Virus record (IMG/VR): IMGVR_UViG_3300030390_001226
Span: 1 to 62,744 of that record
From: a virus
Lineage: Duplodnaviria; Caudoviricetes
Length of the DNA stretch: 62,744 bases
Strand: one strand, 5' to 3'
The position numbers were made by a program, and so were the translations under genes. Under the pieces are notes generated by a model. The model was not told the DNA's origin and searched no databases. It saw only the letters and a program-made list of their open reading frames with translations. Shown here piece by piece: positions 29,117-39,737 of the stretch; the stretch's first letter is position 1, and the number at the start of each line of letters is the position of its first letter.

Positions 29117-32100
29117 ATGAACGAAGAATATTTAAAAGGACTTCACGATTATTTAAAAATAAACGCTGATTACGATACTTGGGTTTCTGACATTGTTGGT
29201 AATGAAAGTTACCTTAACGAGTTACATGGTCACTTAGGTATTAAGGCTGACTATGAAACATGGAAGTCTGATGTTTTTACTGGAACTCAACAAGAGGAAG
29301 TAAAAAAAAAAGACCTTTCAACGGATGCTACTTTACCTACAGAGGGTGGAGAATCGGTTTCTGGAGGGAGTGATCTTCTTGACACGTCTATTCAAGACAG
29401 AGAGGCTCAAGGTCACCAAACAGACATATCTTTATTTACTGATGGCTCCGACAAGGATGCTGTAGCTGCTGCTGCAGAGCAAGAGAGAACAGTATTTTAT
29501 GAGGAGCAAGGTTTAGACTTCAAGAAGATTAACGAACTCAAGAAGAGAAGAGAAGAGTTAGAAGAGGAGAAGAAAGCTTATCAAGAAGACGTACTAAATA
29601 CTAAGTTTGAATTAAATGGAGGTATTAAAAGGGATGATAAATTTTTTGTACCTAAAGACAAAGGCTTCTTTGAATCTCAAAAAACTATCGAAGAGGGTGG
29701 GTATGATGAGGTAACTAAAGATAAAGCTTTAGAGTTTGCTACTGGTGCTACAGCCGTTAATGTGGCTATGACTATTGGAGATTATGTACTTCCTGGTGGT
29801 GGTAGTGAAGGTGGTAGAAGTGAGAGATCTATACTTGACGATATAGGTAGTGTAGAAGAAGAACTAAACGAATCAAGACCACAAGTTATTAAAGCTGAAG
29901 AGGCTTACAATACACAAATCACAAACTCATTTTTAGAACAAGGTTACAGAGGTGATAGGCTAACCCAGTTAATGGAGAACGCTGACATCAAGCAGGAGTA
30001 TGTTGAGTCTAAATTAATTACAATAAACGGACAGGAGAGTACTGGTGTGACTGTAGAGGAGGGAATCTACGATGACGAGTTTATTAGTGGGTTACAAGAT
30101 GGCTCAATCAAGGTTGAGATACACCCATCTATAAAAGATACTGATTACGGTAGATACTTAGAGAACGCTATAGCAGTACAGTCTAACGCTGGAGGAGCGT
30201 TTGGTGACATAAAAGATGCTCTTATGTCTGGTGGCTATGGGACTGTCGCTGGTACTCTTGAGGTTCTTGAGATAGGAGAAGGTGTAGACTCAAGTCTTGA
30301 GTACTCAGATAAAGGTGGTGTTTTAGCTAGAGAACTTAAAGACGTTCAAGATCAGTACACTGATATGCAAAGAATGTATCAGTACCCTGGGTTTATGCAG
30401 TCTATGAGGGCTGGTGAATACGCAGATGCTGGTTTTCAATTAGGTAGAGGTATAGCAGGGTCTACAGTTCAAATAGCTATATCAGCTATAGGTACAAGGC
30501 TTGGGATACCTCAGCCATATTTAATGGGGTTTATAGCTGTTTCTGCTGCAGGTCAAAAATCATTAAGTCTTAAAGAGCAAAGAAGAGAGGGTAATTTAGA
30601 TATTTCTAACTTCTACTTAGCTGCAAACGCTTTATTTTCTGGGGCTGCTGAGGCTGTATGGGAAATACCTACATTTCAGATTATCAAGGGTATTCAAGGT
30701 ATAACTAAGGGAGCTGGTAAGGCTGCCGTTAGAGAGGTAACAGAGAGGGCTGTTGATGGTTTGCTTAAGGATTTACTTAAAGAAGGTGGATCTGAGGCTG
30801 GTACTACAGTTACAGAGATGATAGTGGATCACGTTACTGGAGCAGGAACCCCTGAAAGTTTTGACGAGATAGTAAACGAAGTTGGTAACGCATTTGTTAC
30901 TGGCGTAGGTATGGCTGGTGGTATGAGAGCTGTTGGTGGAAGTGCTGCTGTTACTGCCTCTGTTATAAATAAACTTACAGGTGTGGACTTAACCAATCGT
31001 ATAGTTGCCACAGTAAGAAATGTAAACGAGGATGGTTCTCTTGGTGATAAACAAGAGCTAACTCAAGCTGAGTATAGAAAGTGGAGAAAAGATCCTAAGA
31101 ACTTAAAGGCTCAATTAGAGGGTGGTGTAAACGTAGAGGTTTTTAATAAAGATATAGAAGGAGACTTACAGGATTTAGTTGACTCAGCATCTGAGGATGT
31201 TGTAGACGCTAACGAGAGTGTTGATGTAGTTGGTCGAGAGGTTAACTCAGAGATTAACGAGCTTGGTAATGATCTTAAAGATAAGGACTCTGCACCTTCT
31301 GAAGGTAGGGTATCTAAGATAGCTCAGTTATTAAATAAGATGGGTTCTCTTATAGATGGCTCTAGTTCTAATAGGGGTGTTGATTTAAAGGCTTTAAAGG
31401 CTAACTTTAATGCTATTATGAATAAGGCTGGTTTTTCTGTAAACGATAACGTTACAAATCAAAACACTGATAACGCAAACATAGAGAGTACAGAGAATAT
31501 TACAGAGATACAAAGCAAAGAACAAGCTAATGCAATAGAGAAAGCTTTAGATGAAGGTGGAGACTTATCTGTAGTACTATCTCAAGATGGTGTTGGTGTA
31601 TCTAAGAGTGGTGAGAGCGTTTCTAAGAACAATATAAAGCTTGGTAAGTTTAAGAGTAAGGCTGCAGCTAAAAAGGCGTTAGATGCGTTTAATAAGAAGA
31701 ATTCTAAAGCTGAACAAAAGCAAAAAAGACACGTTGAGGTTCAGAAGAAGAACAATAAAGAGTTCAAGGCTGCCGATAAGGGTAAGATGGATGACGTATC
31801 TCAAGAAGATCTTGATGGAGACTTTAATGTAATGTCTGCTGAACTTGATGGACTTGATGCTGCAACTAACGATAAGAGAACGGATAACCTAGAGAAGGTT
31901 CTTAAAAATAAAGGTTTAAAATACAAGAAGGTTACCACTATAGAGAATGGTGTTAGTAAGACTTCGTTTATGGTTGAGGGTGTTGAGTCTAACGAGGCAT
32001 TAAGTATAGCCTCAGGATTTGGTCAGAAATCTATAACGTCTAGTAAGGATGGGGTGCTTCATTCAGATGGTACAGTAGAGGCTTTAGATGGTAACACTTA

Positions 32101-35100
32101 CGATGGTCCAGACGCTAGAGACGGTGCTAGGGTTATTGTTATAAAACAAAACGGCAAGAAGAAAGCTATACGACTTGGTACTGGGAAAAAGTCTTTTGCT
32201 AAGAAGTTCAATAGTAACAACATAGCTGATATAGCTAAGTTTGTAGAGTACCTACCTGATAATCAAAAGAAAATTCTTGGTCACGTACTAAACTTCTTTT
32301 CTAAGATTCAAGGGTTAAATATTGGTATCGTTAAGAATACCTACGCAATGAAGCAACAACTAGAGGCTGATGGTTACAACCCAGCTCAGATAGATGCCTA
32401 CGCAAAAAATAGAGCTATATATAGAGGTAGTGATGGTACTATGTATCTGAACCTTGAGGTGATGAATATGAACACTCCATTCCACGAGATCATACACCCA
32501 CTTGTTAACTTTATTAAAAAGACGGATTCTGAAACAAGAAATAAAGCTATTGAAGAAATAGAAAAATCTCAAGCTTACAAAGACGCTGATACTGAAGGTA
32601 AGAAGCAGATGATTGACGCTATACCTGAAGGAGTATACTCTAAGATAGAGGATATGGTTTCTAAGTCAGAGCCTGGAATGATTGGTTCTCCATTTAGAAA
32701 ACGATGGATAGACTCTAACGGTAGAAGACAGAGTGGTAGTTACCTTGACTGGGTTAAAGGTCAAGAGGCTTACGAGGACTTATCTAGACAAGATCAGGTA
32801 GAGGAGGCGTTTGCTGAGATGATGGGTGACGCTGCTGCTAATCAGTTTCAAAAAGATAACTCTAAGCTTAAGCAGATATACGATGCGATAAGAGAGATGT
32901 TATCTGTATTTAATATAAACATACCTGCGGATAAGAACTTAGCTTCATTAGATCTATCTGATTTACAGAATATAGGGGACCTAAGAAGTGGTATTGGTTC
33001 TGCCTTAGCTAAGGGTACTTCCTTGAATGTTGGTGGGGTTGACTTCTCTGTTAGTAAACCTAAGAACTCAGAGGTTGTAGATAAATCGATTAAAGCACAA
33101 GTTAATAGCCAAGAGCAGGGTCACGACCTTGGTGTGACTGAGGTTACAAGTTTTGAAGGAGTTGAAACTCAAGATATTAAAGCTCAACCAAGTGACTACA
33201 ATCCAAACTTTGATGATAGCAAAGTTAAGAGAGGTAGTATTAGTGAGTTTAATGGTCAGAAGGCTATGCTTATGTGTATAGACAGGTCTGTATCTGGAAC
33301 TGTAAATTCTCCATCTGGAGTGGTTAAAGAGTTTAATGGTGGTATGTACTTCTCTTACCAAGAGGGTAATGGGGTATGGGCATTCGCAGGAAAAGCTTCT
33401 GCATCTAAGGTTATTAATCAAGCTAAAAATAGTAACGGATTAATATTTCTTACCCTTATGGCTCCACAATCTATAGATGGAACTGTAGAGATGTTTGACT
33501 ATGTTATGGATGAGATTGATAACGCAGTTAAAAAAGGATTAGTTAAGAAGGATGTAGCTTTAGATTTTTTAAATAAAAAATTAAAACTAGGTAAGGTTCA
33601 AGATAAGTTAAGCAAAGAAGGTATATCTAAGGATAATGTTAAGTCAATTTCAGAGTTTAGAAAACTTATATTATCCCTTGAAGGAGCTTTCGATGTTAGA
33701 AAGGATTTAACTTCTAAAATGATTAAGGGTAAAGATCTGTCTAAGTGGGGTATACCTACAAGGGAAGAGATGTACTCTTTTGTTAACCAAGGAGAGATAA
33801 AAGACTTGACTGGTAACCCTGTTGTAGCTGCTATAAGAATTGATACTGAGACTGGATATATAGACTCAAGAGATAATGATAACGTAAAAGATCACCCTAC
33901 TTACCCATATCAAATTAAGGGAGAACCTTTAATGGTGTTTGATCAGGCTGTTGATGCTAGTGAGCTTTGGGGAGACCTAAACCTTGCAGATAAGTATTTA
34001 ATTGATCCTAAGACAGGTATACCTTTCAGTGAGGGTACAACTACAGCTAGAAGAAATGCTGCTGTAATGATGGCAACACCTGTTGTAGATATTAAAGCTC
34101 AAGCCCCTCAAGTTGAAGAGGTGCAGTGGCAAGAATCTAAGATAGGTAGAGGTGACTTAGCTATCACTAATAGAAGTGAAGAGGTTAGAGAGGCTGCACA
34201 GGATTATTTTGATAGAAAGATAACTCAACAGGAACATTTAGATATTGTTCAAGAGAACAGTCCTATCAAGCCTATAACACAGTTTATGAATCCTGCGAGC
34301 CTAGAGGATATTGAAACTGCTATAGGATCAAAGGTTGAAGGTAAGCTAGACGTTTCTATACCAGAGGGAACTAAGGTTGGTGTACGACTAGACATTTCTG
34401 CTTACACAAATAAGAATATATGGGCTATTACTGTACACGAAGATGGTAGAGGTAAGGCTATGTCTTACACAAACGTTGCGAGAATAAACAATGTTGAGTT
34501 TATATCTAGCCCTAAAGTTGCATTAAACATTGCTAGAGGAAAGTCATCAAAAGCTACCATTGCTAGAATGCTAGGTGAGTGGAGTCCTATTGAGGGAGCT
34601 GATGCTAAAGCTAGAGGTGAGAGTGCTAAACAAATTATAGTTGAGGTAATGAATGACCCTTCGTGGTCACAGATTGGTATGAACCCATTTAGACACTCAT
34701 ACTTCTACGATAGGTTAGATGGTATGCCAGTTGTTAATGCAGAGCAGGTTGTTCAGATTGGTGGGTTAGTTTACGCTAAGAATGCTGAGAAGACTACTCC
34801 TTTTGATGAAAGGTTTGAAGATAAGAGAACTGGTTTAAAATTCCAAGCCCCTGATAACGATGGGTTTACAGGTGGTAGAAGCCAGTACGCAAGATTTAAC
34901 GTTACACCTAATACAGACAGACCTAACGCATTGATTGAGGACTTATCTGAGGATAGAGTATCTGAGATAGCGATGAAGGGTAACTGGTCTATAATAACAG
35001 GTACGGTTGAGGCTGAAGGTAAATACAATAACGAAGCTAACGTATCTAATAATGCTAAACTGTACAAAGAATTAGTCGAGGAGTTTGGTGCTGAAAACAT

Positions 35101-38100
35101 AGAGGTAGTTCAGGGTGTCTATATGAAAAAGGATCAAGGACCTAGTTTATTTGTTACTGGTATAACAGAGCATAGAGCTATGCAGATAGGGAAAAGCTAC
35201 TCTCAGGAGGGTGTCTTAACTAGAAGGGGTAATATATTTACTGATGGTTCTGGTATGAACCCTGCATCTGAGACTGTATTTGTTGGAGATAACGCTTTAA
35301 ATAAAGATGGTAACTCAACCACAACAAGTGGTGTTACATTCTCTCTAGACGTAAACTGGAAGAGTAAAGTACCTTTAGCTACAGGCATTAAAGCTCCAAC
35401 TGATAAGGTTGGTCCACTTAGGTTTCAAGCCCCTCAAGAGGAGTCTTTAAGTGATTTTCAAAAAATATTTGCTTTAGATTTAAACTTGCTAACTGAAGAT
35501 TTAAAAGAGTTAGATGATAATTTTATTATTGACTATAACGCTACTAATTTTGGATTAAACCCTAGAAATCGTAGAGTCGTATTATTTGATATAGAACAAG
35601 TTAATTTAAGTGCTTCAAAAGCATTTTCTGAGATTAAAGATAGTTACCCTGAATTAAACAAGGAGAAACCATTGATTGATGATCCTTATTCAAGCGAAAA
35701 TTATAGCTTAATTTCTAAGGGAGTAGGAAGCCAAGGGGATGTATTTTTAGATAATAGAGATAATTCAATTCTTAAATTAACTAAAAGTCCTTACGAGGTT
35801 ATTGGCTCATTAAAAGTGATGTCAGCTCAAAAATCTAAAGCTAAATTTAAAATTAATTTTCCTGAGATTTATTCAATACAAAAAATTAACTCTGAAAATA
35901 ATTTTTATGCAATAAAAAGAGAAAATGTAGAACCATTTAATGAGGAGAAATTAAGTGAGGTAAAGGATGTTTTTAGTGTAATTAAAAATTATTACCCTAA
36001 TTATGGTGAAGGAATAGAGTTTGGAGAACTTCTAGCTAAAGAAGATGTTTACCTTCCTATAATGGAGAGTATTAGATTTCAGGCTGGTAACGGTGTTACT
36101 GAAGATCAGTTAACAGTACTAAAGTCTACATACTCAGATATAGAGAAGAAATACCCTAACATAAATGTAGATGAGGGTATGATTAAATTATATCACTACT
36201 CTGATGAGAGGCTTAATACTGTAGACCCTAGGATAGCATCACGTCAAACTTACTCTAATCAAGAGTATAGAACGTGGGGTAGATCAAGAGTCTTCTTCTA
36301 CACAGATGCTGACATGAAAGAGGGAGTAGTTGGTGGATCTGTAATGAATGAAACCTTACTGCCTATAGACAGGGTATACCCTCTAACTGAGGACCCTTTA
36401 AACCTTGAAGAGGTTGTAAAGAATAACTTAGACGCTAAAAGAAATAGTGGAGATAAAACTCAAAGTACTATAACTCTTAACACTAAGTCAATGGATAGTA
36501 GTGTATTGGCTATATCTAAACTTAAGTCTTTACTTAAGGATATGGGACTATCTGATGTTGTAGACTTTGGGGATGTTACAGAGAACTTTACGTATAATAA
36601 AGATGATAGTGGTAAGTACCAGAGAGCTGGAATTAAAGACTTAAGCTTTACAGTTAATTACCCTATAGATTCTGACAACATAACATCTGTTATAAAAGAT
36701 ACATTCGACAAGGCTTCATTTGAGAAAGTGGACCCAGCTACACTACCATTCAACTACTTTGAAGAGATGGCTAACGTCGCAGAAGGACTTGGTTTTCAAG
36801 GGTTTATATACGACCACGTAGGTGGTAAGACAGTATCTTCATGGAAACCAGTTAGTGTTGTTGGTGATAGATTTCAAGCTGCTTCACAGGAAGATACAGA
36901 CGTATACGTGTCTGGTCTTGGTGCTATAATGTGGGATCTAGCTAAACCAATTATTGATGCTGACTATGAGCTTGGAGGTTGGATGAGTAATATAGGCGAT
37001 TCAGACAAGAGATATATGAAAAAAGACTCTGAAGGTTTAATGGTTTCAACTGTTCGTGCTACAGAGTTATTTGGTAGACCTAAAGGCTTACATACCAATC
37101 AAGAAATAAAAGAAATGATTATAGCTGGTAGAGCTCAACTTAACCACCAGTTATATGTAGCTAATAAAAATCAAAAGAACCTTAAGAAGGTTGTTGAGGC
37201 AGAGGAGAAGAGAATAAAGTCTGAGGATTCGTATAAAAATGCTACCCCAGAACAGCAAGAAGCTATGCTAGAGCACTTGACTCCTGAAGCGTTAAACAAT
37301 ACAATGAGTAGTATTGACGCAATACAATTACTTCCTGAACAGTCTAAGCTTAGAGAAGCTATGACTACGGTTAGAAATCATATAGATGTCTTAAGTATGA
37401 CTATGTATGAGGAGGGATTAGTTAGTGGACCAATGCGGTACACAATTGAGGGGAACCTTGGTTATTACCTGACTAGATCTTATAATCACTTTGAAGACTC
37501 TAATTGGAAACAAAAAGATCAAGAGGTTATAAGAAGAGCTGAGGTGTTTGTAATGAATCAGCTTATGGCAGAGTCTAAGAATATGAGTCTAGAAGAGGCT
37601 CAGGTTGTTGCTCAACAAATGGTAAATCAAATTGTAAATAAAAAAGATGATTCTCCTGGCATGAAATTCATTCATAACTCAGGTGTTTCGGGGTCTTTAA
37701 AGATACAGAATTCTATATTTGAAAGAAGAAAGGTAGTCCCAGAGGAAATAAGAGAGCTTCTTGGAGAAAGAACGGATCCACTAACCAACTATGTCAACAC
37801 AATATCTAAGTTATCTAGAACCCTTATATCTAATCAGATGTATGAAGACATGATAGATTTTGGTATGGGTAAGTTTATAGCGGATCCTAACCCTAATAAA
37901 CCTACAGTTTCTAGCATACCAGGTATAGAAAATAAGTTAGAAGGTAAAAAGTGGGGTCCTCTAGATGGTAAGTTCGTGGATAACGAAATGCTTGACGTAT
38001 TAAGCTATTATAACGATTCAGACGGAGAGATGGGTCTTGCTACCAAGGCTTGGATGACGTTTGTGTATGCGACTAAGAAATCTGCTACAGTTTATAACCC

Positions 38101-39694
38101 AGCAACACACGCAGTAAACCTATTTGGTAACTCTTACTTCTCTTTAATGAATGGGCACACAAGTCCAGCTAAATTCTTCGAGTCATTTAGGGTTGCTGCA
38201 GGTCAGATAACTAACTTAAATGGGAAAGAAAGACAAGCGTTTTACGAGGAGTTAATCTCACTAGGTGTTGTTGATTCTTCAGCGTCACTCGCAGAGGTTG
38301 TACAGATAGGTGAAGACTTAATTAAAGGAGTTGACATGAATAAAATCATGGATAAGCTTGGGGATAGAATGGCTGGTAAATCTGCTAAATTCCTTCTTGC
38401 TGCAGCAGGTAAAGCTGACAAGGTAGCCACTAAATCCTACCAAGCTGAGGATGATTTGTTTAAGATCTTTGGATATATGTCTGAGAAAGCTAAGTACATG
38501 GAGGCTGGTCTTAGTGAGAAAGAATCTAAAGCTATAGCTGTTAGAAATACTGCTAATATATACCCTAACTACAGTAGAATACCTGCTATTGTTAGGTATA
38601 TTGGTAGAAATAACTTTGTAGGTACATTCGTATCATTTACTTCAGAGTCTATAAGATGCACTAAGAATGCCTTAAAACTATCCCTTGATGAGATAGGGGA
38701 TCCAAACCCTAAGATTAAGAAAATGGGAGCTAAAAGATTAGCCTCTTCATTGCTTACTCTTAAGTTTGCTGAAAGTTTAGCATCAACGGGTATATCAATG
38801 TTTTTCGGTGCGTTTGGAGATGACGAAGAGGAGTTTCATAAAGAGCTATTTGGTCTAAGACACTTACTTGCCCCATGGGATAAAGATGGTAAGATAGCCC
38901 CAATAGATAAAGGCTTCTTTGAAAGAGGTATGGATGGATTTACAGAGGAGAATAGTGGTCACGCCTTTGTTGAGTACATGAATACATCTAGACTTTCAGG
39001 TGGTGGGTTCGTAAAGGATTTATTGAGAATAGCATTTACTGACATGAATAGCCCAGATTATAAGGGTACTATGGGTAGAATACTGTATAAGTTTTACAGT
39101 GCCTTCCTTAGTGAGGATATGGCTCTTGGAGTTGTAAAGGATATTATAGAAAATAAGGGTAATAAGTATTATAACCCAACCGATCATTTTCTTGAAATTA
39201 GCTGGGACGTACTTAATAACGGATTATTTGCTAAACTTGGACCAGGAGTGTTTAAATCTATTAGTAGAATAGAGGAGTCAATGCAGGAGGATAGTGATAA
39301 AATAACTTCTAACGAAATTAGAGCTATGATTGGTTTAAGAACAACTACATTAGACGTGAACAAATCTTTATTCTTTAAGTCTAGAGAGATAATTAAAGAT
39401 ATGAGAGATCGTTCTGAGTCTTTAGAGTTTGATCTTAGACAGAAAGACATGACCCTTGCGCATACCCTTAACCCTAGTCACGAGATGTTTGATAAGAAAA
39501 TGTCTAAATACTTTAATGGTCTTGTTAGTGCTGTGCAAACAGCCAGAAGACTTGGTGTTAATATAAGTGGTACTAAAGATAACTGTATCGACATGCTTAA
39601 GAAGGCTAACGTGCCTCAAGAGGTTATAGATAGAGTTATACGTGCTGCATTAAACGGAGAGGGAAGTGAGACGCTTCGTATAGGAGATAAATAA
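29117..39694 (+). CDS. Large polyvalent protein: metallopeptidase, DUF3293-like repeats, kinase-like and ART-like modules, helical C-terminal region
   Basis: HEIIH...EEAFA zincin motif, repeated [KR][AF]Q linkers, module motifs described in findings. Confidence 0.8.
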   Translation: MNEEYLKGLHDYLKINADYDTWVSDIVGNESYLNELHGHLGIKADYETWKSDVFTGTQQEEVKKKDLSTDATLPTEGGESVSGGSDLLDTSIQDREAQGHQTDISLFTDGSDKDAVAAAAEQERTVFYEEQGLDFKKINELKKRREELEEEKKAYQEDVLNTKFELNGGIKRDDKFFVPKDKGFFESQKTIEEGGYDEVTKDKALEFATGATAVNVAMTIGDYVLPGGGSEGGRSERSILDDIGSVEEELNESRPQVIKAEEAYNTQITNSFLEQGYRGDRLTQLMENADIKQEYVESKLITINGQESTGVTVEEGIYDDEFISGLQDGSIKVEIHPSIKDTDYGRYLENAIAVQSNAGGAFGDIKDALMSGGYGTVAGTLEVLEIGEGVDSSLEYSDKGGVLARELKDVQDQYTDMQRMYQYPGFMQSMRAGEYADAGFQLGRGIAGSTVQIAISAIGTRLGIPQPYLMGFIAVSAAGQKSLSLKEQRREGNLDISNFYLAANALFSGAAEAVWEIPTFQIIKGIQGITKGAGKAAVREVTERAVDGLLKDLLKEGGSEAGTTVTEMIVDHVTGAGTPESFDEIVNEVGNAFVTGVGMAGGMRAVGGSAAVTASVINKLTGVDLTNRIVATVRNVNEDGSLGDKQELTQAEYRKWRKDPKNLKAQLEGGVNVEVFNKDIEGDLQDLVDSASEDVVDANESVDVVGREVNSEINELGNDLKDKDSAPSEGRVSKIAQLLNKMGSLIDGSSSNRGVDLKALKANFNAIMNKAGFSVNDNVTNQNTDNANIESTENITEIQSKEQANAIEKALDEGGDLSVVLSQDGVGVSKSGESVSKNNIKLGKFKSKAAAKKALDAFNKKNSKAEQKQKRHVEVQKKNNKEFKAADKGKMDDVSQEDLDGDFNVMSAELDGLDAATNDKRTDNLEKVLKNKGLKYKKVTTIENGVSKTSFMVEGVESNEALSIASGFGQKSITSSKDGVLHSDGTVEALDGNTYDGPDARDGARVIVIKQNGKKKAIRLGTGKKSFAKKFNSNNIADIAKFVEYLPDNQKKILGHVLNFFSKIQGLNIGIVKNTYAMKQQLEADGYNPAQIDAYAKNRAIYRGSDGTMYLNLEVMNMNTPFHEIIHPLVNFIKKTDSETRNKAIEEIEKSQAYKDADTEGKKQMIDAIPEGVYSKIEDMVSKSEPGMIGSPFRKRWIDSNGRRQSGSYLDWVKGQEAYEDLSRQDQVEEAFAEMMGDAAANQFQKDNSKLKQIYDAIREMLSVFNINIPADKNLASLDLSDLQNIGDLRSGIGSALAKGTSLNVGGVDFSVSKPKNSEVVDKSIKAQVNSQEQGHDLGVTEVTSFEGVETQDIKAQPSDYNPNFDDSKVKRGSISEFNGQKAMLMCIDRSVSGTVNSPSGVVKEFNGGMYFSYQEGNGVWAFAGKASASKVINQAKNSNGLIFLTLMAPQSIDGTVEMFDYVMDEIDNAVKKGLVKKDVALDFLNKKLKLGKVQDKLSKEGISKDNVKSISEFRKLILSLEGAFDVRKDLTSKMIKGKDLSKWGIPTREEMYSFVNQGEIKDLTGNPVVAAIRIDTETGYIDSRDNDNVKDHPTYPYQIKGEPLMVFDQAVDASELWGDLNLADKYLIDPKTGIPFSEGTTTARRNAAVMMATPVVDIKAQAPQVEEVQWQESKIGRGDLAITNRSEEVREAAQDYFDRKITQQEHLDIVQENSPIKPITQFMNPASLEDIETAIGSKVEGKLDVSIPEGTKVGVRLDISAYTNKNIWAITVHEDGRGKAMSYTNVARINNVEFISSPKVALNIARGKSSKATIARMLGEWSPIEGADAKARGESAKQIIVEVMNDPSWSQIGMNPFRHSYFYDRLDGMPVVNAEQVVQIGGLVYAKNAEKTTPFDERFEDKRTGLKFQAPDNDGFTGGRSQYARFNVTPNTDRPNALIEDLSEDRVSEIAMKGNWSIITGTVEAEGKYNNEANVSNNAKLYKELVEEFGAENIEVVQGVYMKKDQGPSLFVTGITEHRAMQIGKSYSQEGVLTRRGNIFTDGSGMNPASETVFVGDNALNKDGNSTTTSGVTFSLDVNWKSKVPLATGIKAPTDKVGPLRFQAPQEESLSDFQKIFALDLNLLTEDLKELDDNFIIDYNATNFGLNPRNRRVVLFDIEQVNLSASKAFSEIKDSYPELNKEKPLIDDPYSSENYSLISKGVGSQGDVFLDNRDNSILKLTKSPYEVIGSLKVMSAQKSKAKFKINFPEIYSIQKINSENNFYAIKRENVEPFNEEKLSEVKDVFSVIKNYYPNYGEGIEFGELLAKEDVYLPIMESIRFQAGNGVTEDQLTVLKSTYSDIEKKYPNINVDEGMIKLYHYSDERLNTVDPRIASRQTYSNQEYRTWGRSRVFFYTDADMKEGVVGGSVMNETLLPIDRVYPLTEDPLNLEEVVKNNLDAKRNSGDKTQSTITLNTKSMDSSVLAISKLKSLLKDMGLSDVVDFGDVTENFTYNKDDSGKYQRAGIKDLSFTVNYPIDSDNITSVIKDTFDKASFEKVDPATLPFNYFEEMANVAEGLGFQGFIYDHVGGKTVSSWKPVSVVGDRFQAASQEDTDVYVSGLGAIMWDLAKPIIDADYELGGWMSNIGDSDKRYMKKDSEGLMVSTVRATELFGRPKGLHTNQEIKEMIIAGRAQLNHQLYVANKNQKNLKKVVEAEEKRIKSEDSYKNATPEQQEAMLEHLTPEALNNTMSSIDAIQLLPEQSKLREAMTTVRNHIDVLSMTMYEEGLVSGPMRYTIEGNLGYYLTRSYNHFEDSNWKQKDQEVIRRAEVFVMNQLMAESKNMSLEEAQVVAQQMVNQIVNKKDDSPGMKFIHNSGVSGSLKIQNSIFERRKVVPEEIRELLGERTDPLTNYVNTISKLSRTLISNQMYEDMIDFGMGKFIADPNPNKPTVSSIPGIENKLEGKKWGPLDGKFVDNEMLDVLSYYNDSDGEMGLATKAWMTFVYATKKSATVYNPATHAVNLFGNSYFSLMNGHTSPAKFFESFRVAAGQITNLNGKERQAFYEELISLGVVDSSASLAEVVQIGEDLIKGVDMNKIMDKLGDRMAGKSAKFLLAAAGKADKVATKSYQAEDDLFKIFGYMSEKAKYMEAGLSEKESKAIAVRNTANIYPNYSRIPAIVRYIGRNNFVGTFVSFTSESIRCTKNALKLSLDEIGDPNPKIKKMGAKRLASSLLTLKFAESLASTGISMFFGAFGDDEEEFHKELFGLRHLLAPWDKDGKIAPIDKGFFERGMDGFTEENSGHAFVEYMNTSRLSGGGFVKDLLRIAFTDMNSPDYKGTMGRILYKFYSAFLSEDMALGVVKDIIENKGNKYYNPTDHFLEISWDVLNNGLFAKLGPGVFKSISRIEESMQEDSDKITSNEIRAMIGLRTTTLDVNKSLFFKSREIIKDMRDRSESLEFDLRQKDMTLAHTLNPSHEMFDKKMSKYFNGLVSAVQTARRLGVNISGTKDNCIDMLKKANVPQEVIDRVIRAALNGEGSETLRIGDK

Positions 39695-39737
39695 ATAAAA
39701 ACCCTAGTATTATAAAATTAATACGTATATTTATATC

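Noticed and set aside
31808-31822. DLDGD as a virion RNA polymerase catalytic motif in the 3525-aa protein
   Set aside because: No supporting double-psi-barrel context seen; it abuts the DUF3293-like segment in an acidic stretch, so probably chance. An HHpred search would settle it
2394-39619. Short antisense and alternate-frame ORFs inside long + strand genes
   Set aside because: Shadow ORFs with no motifs or leaders
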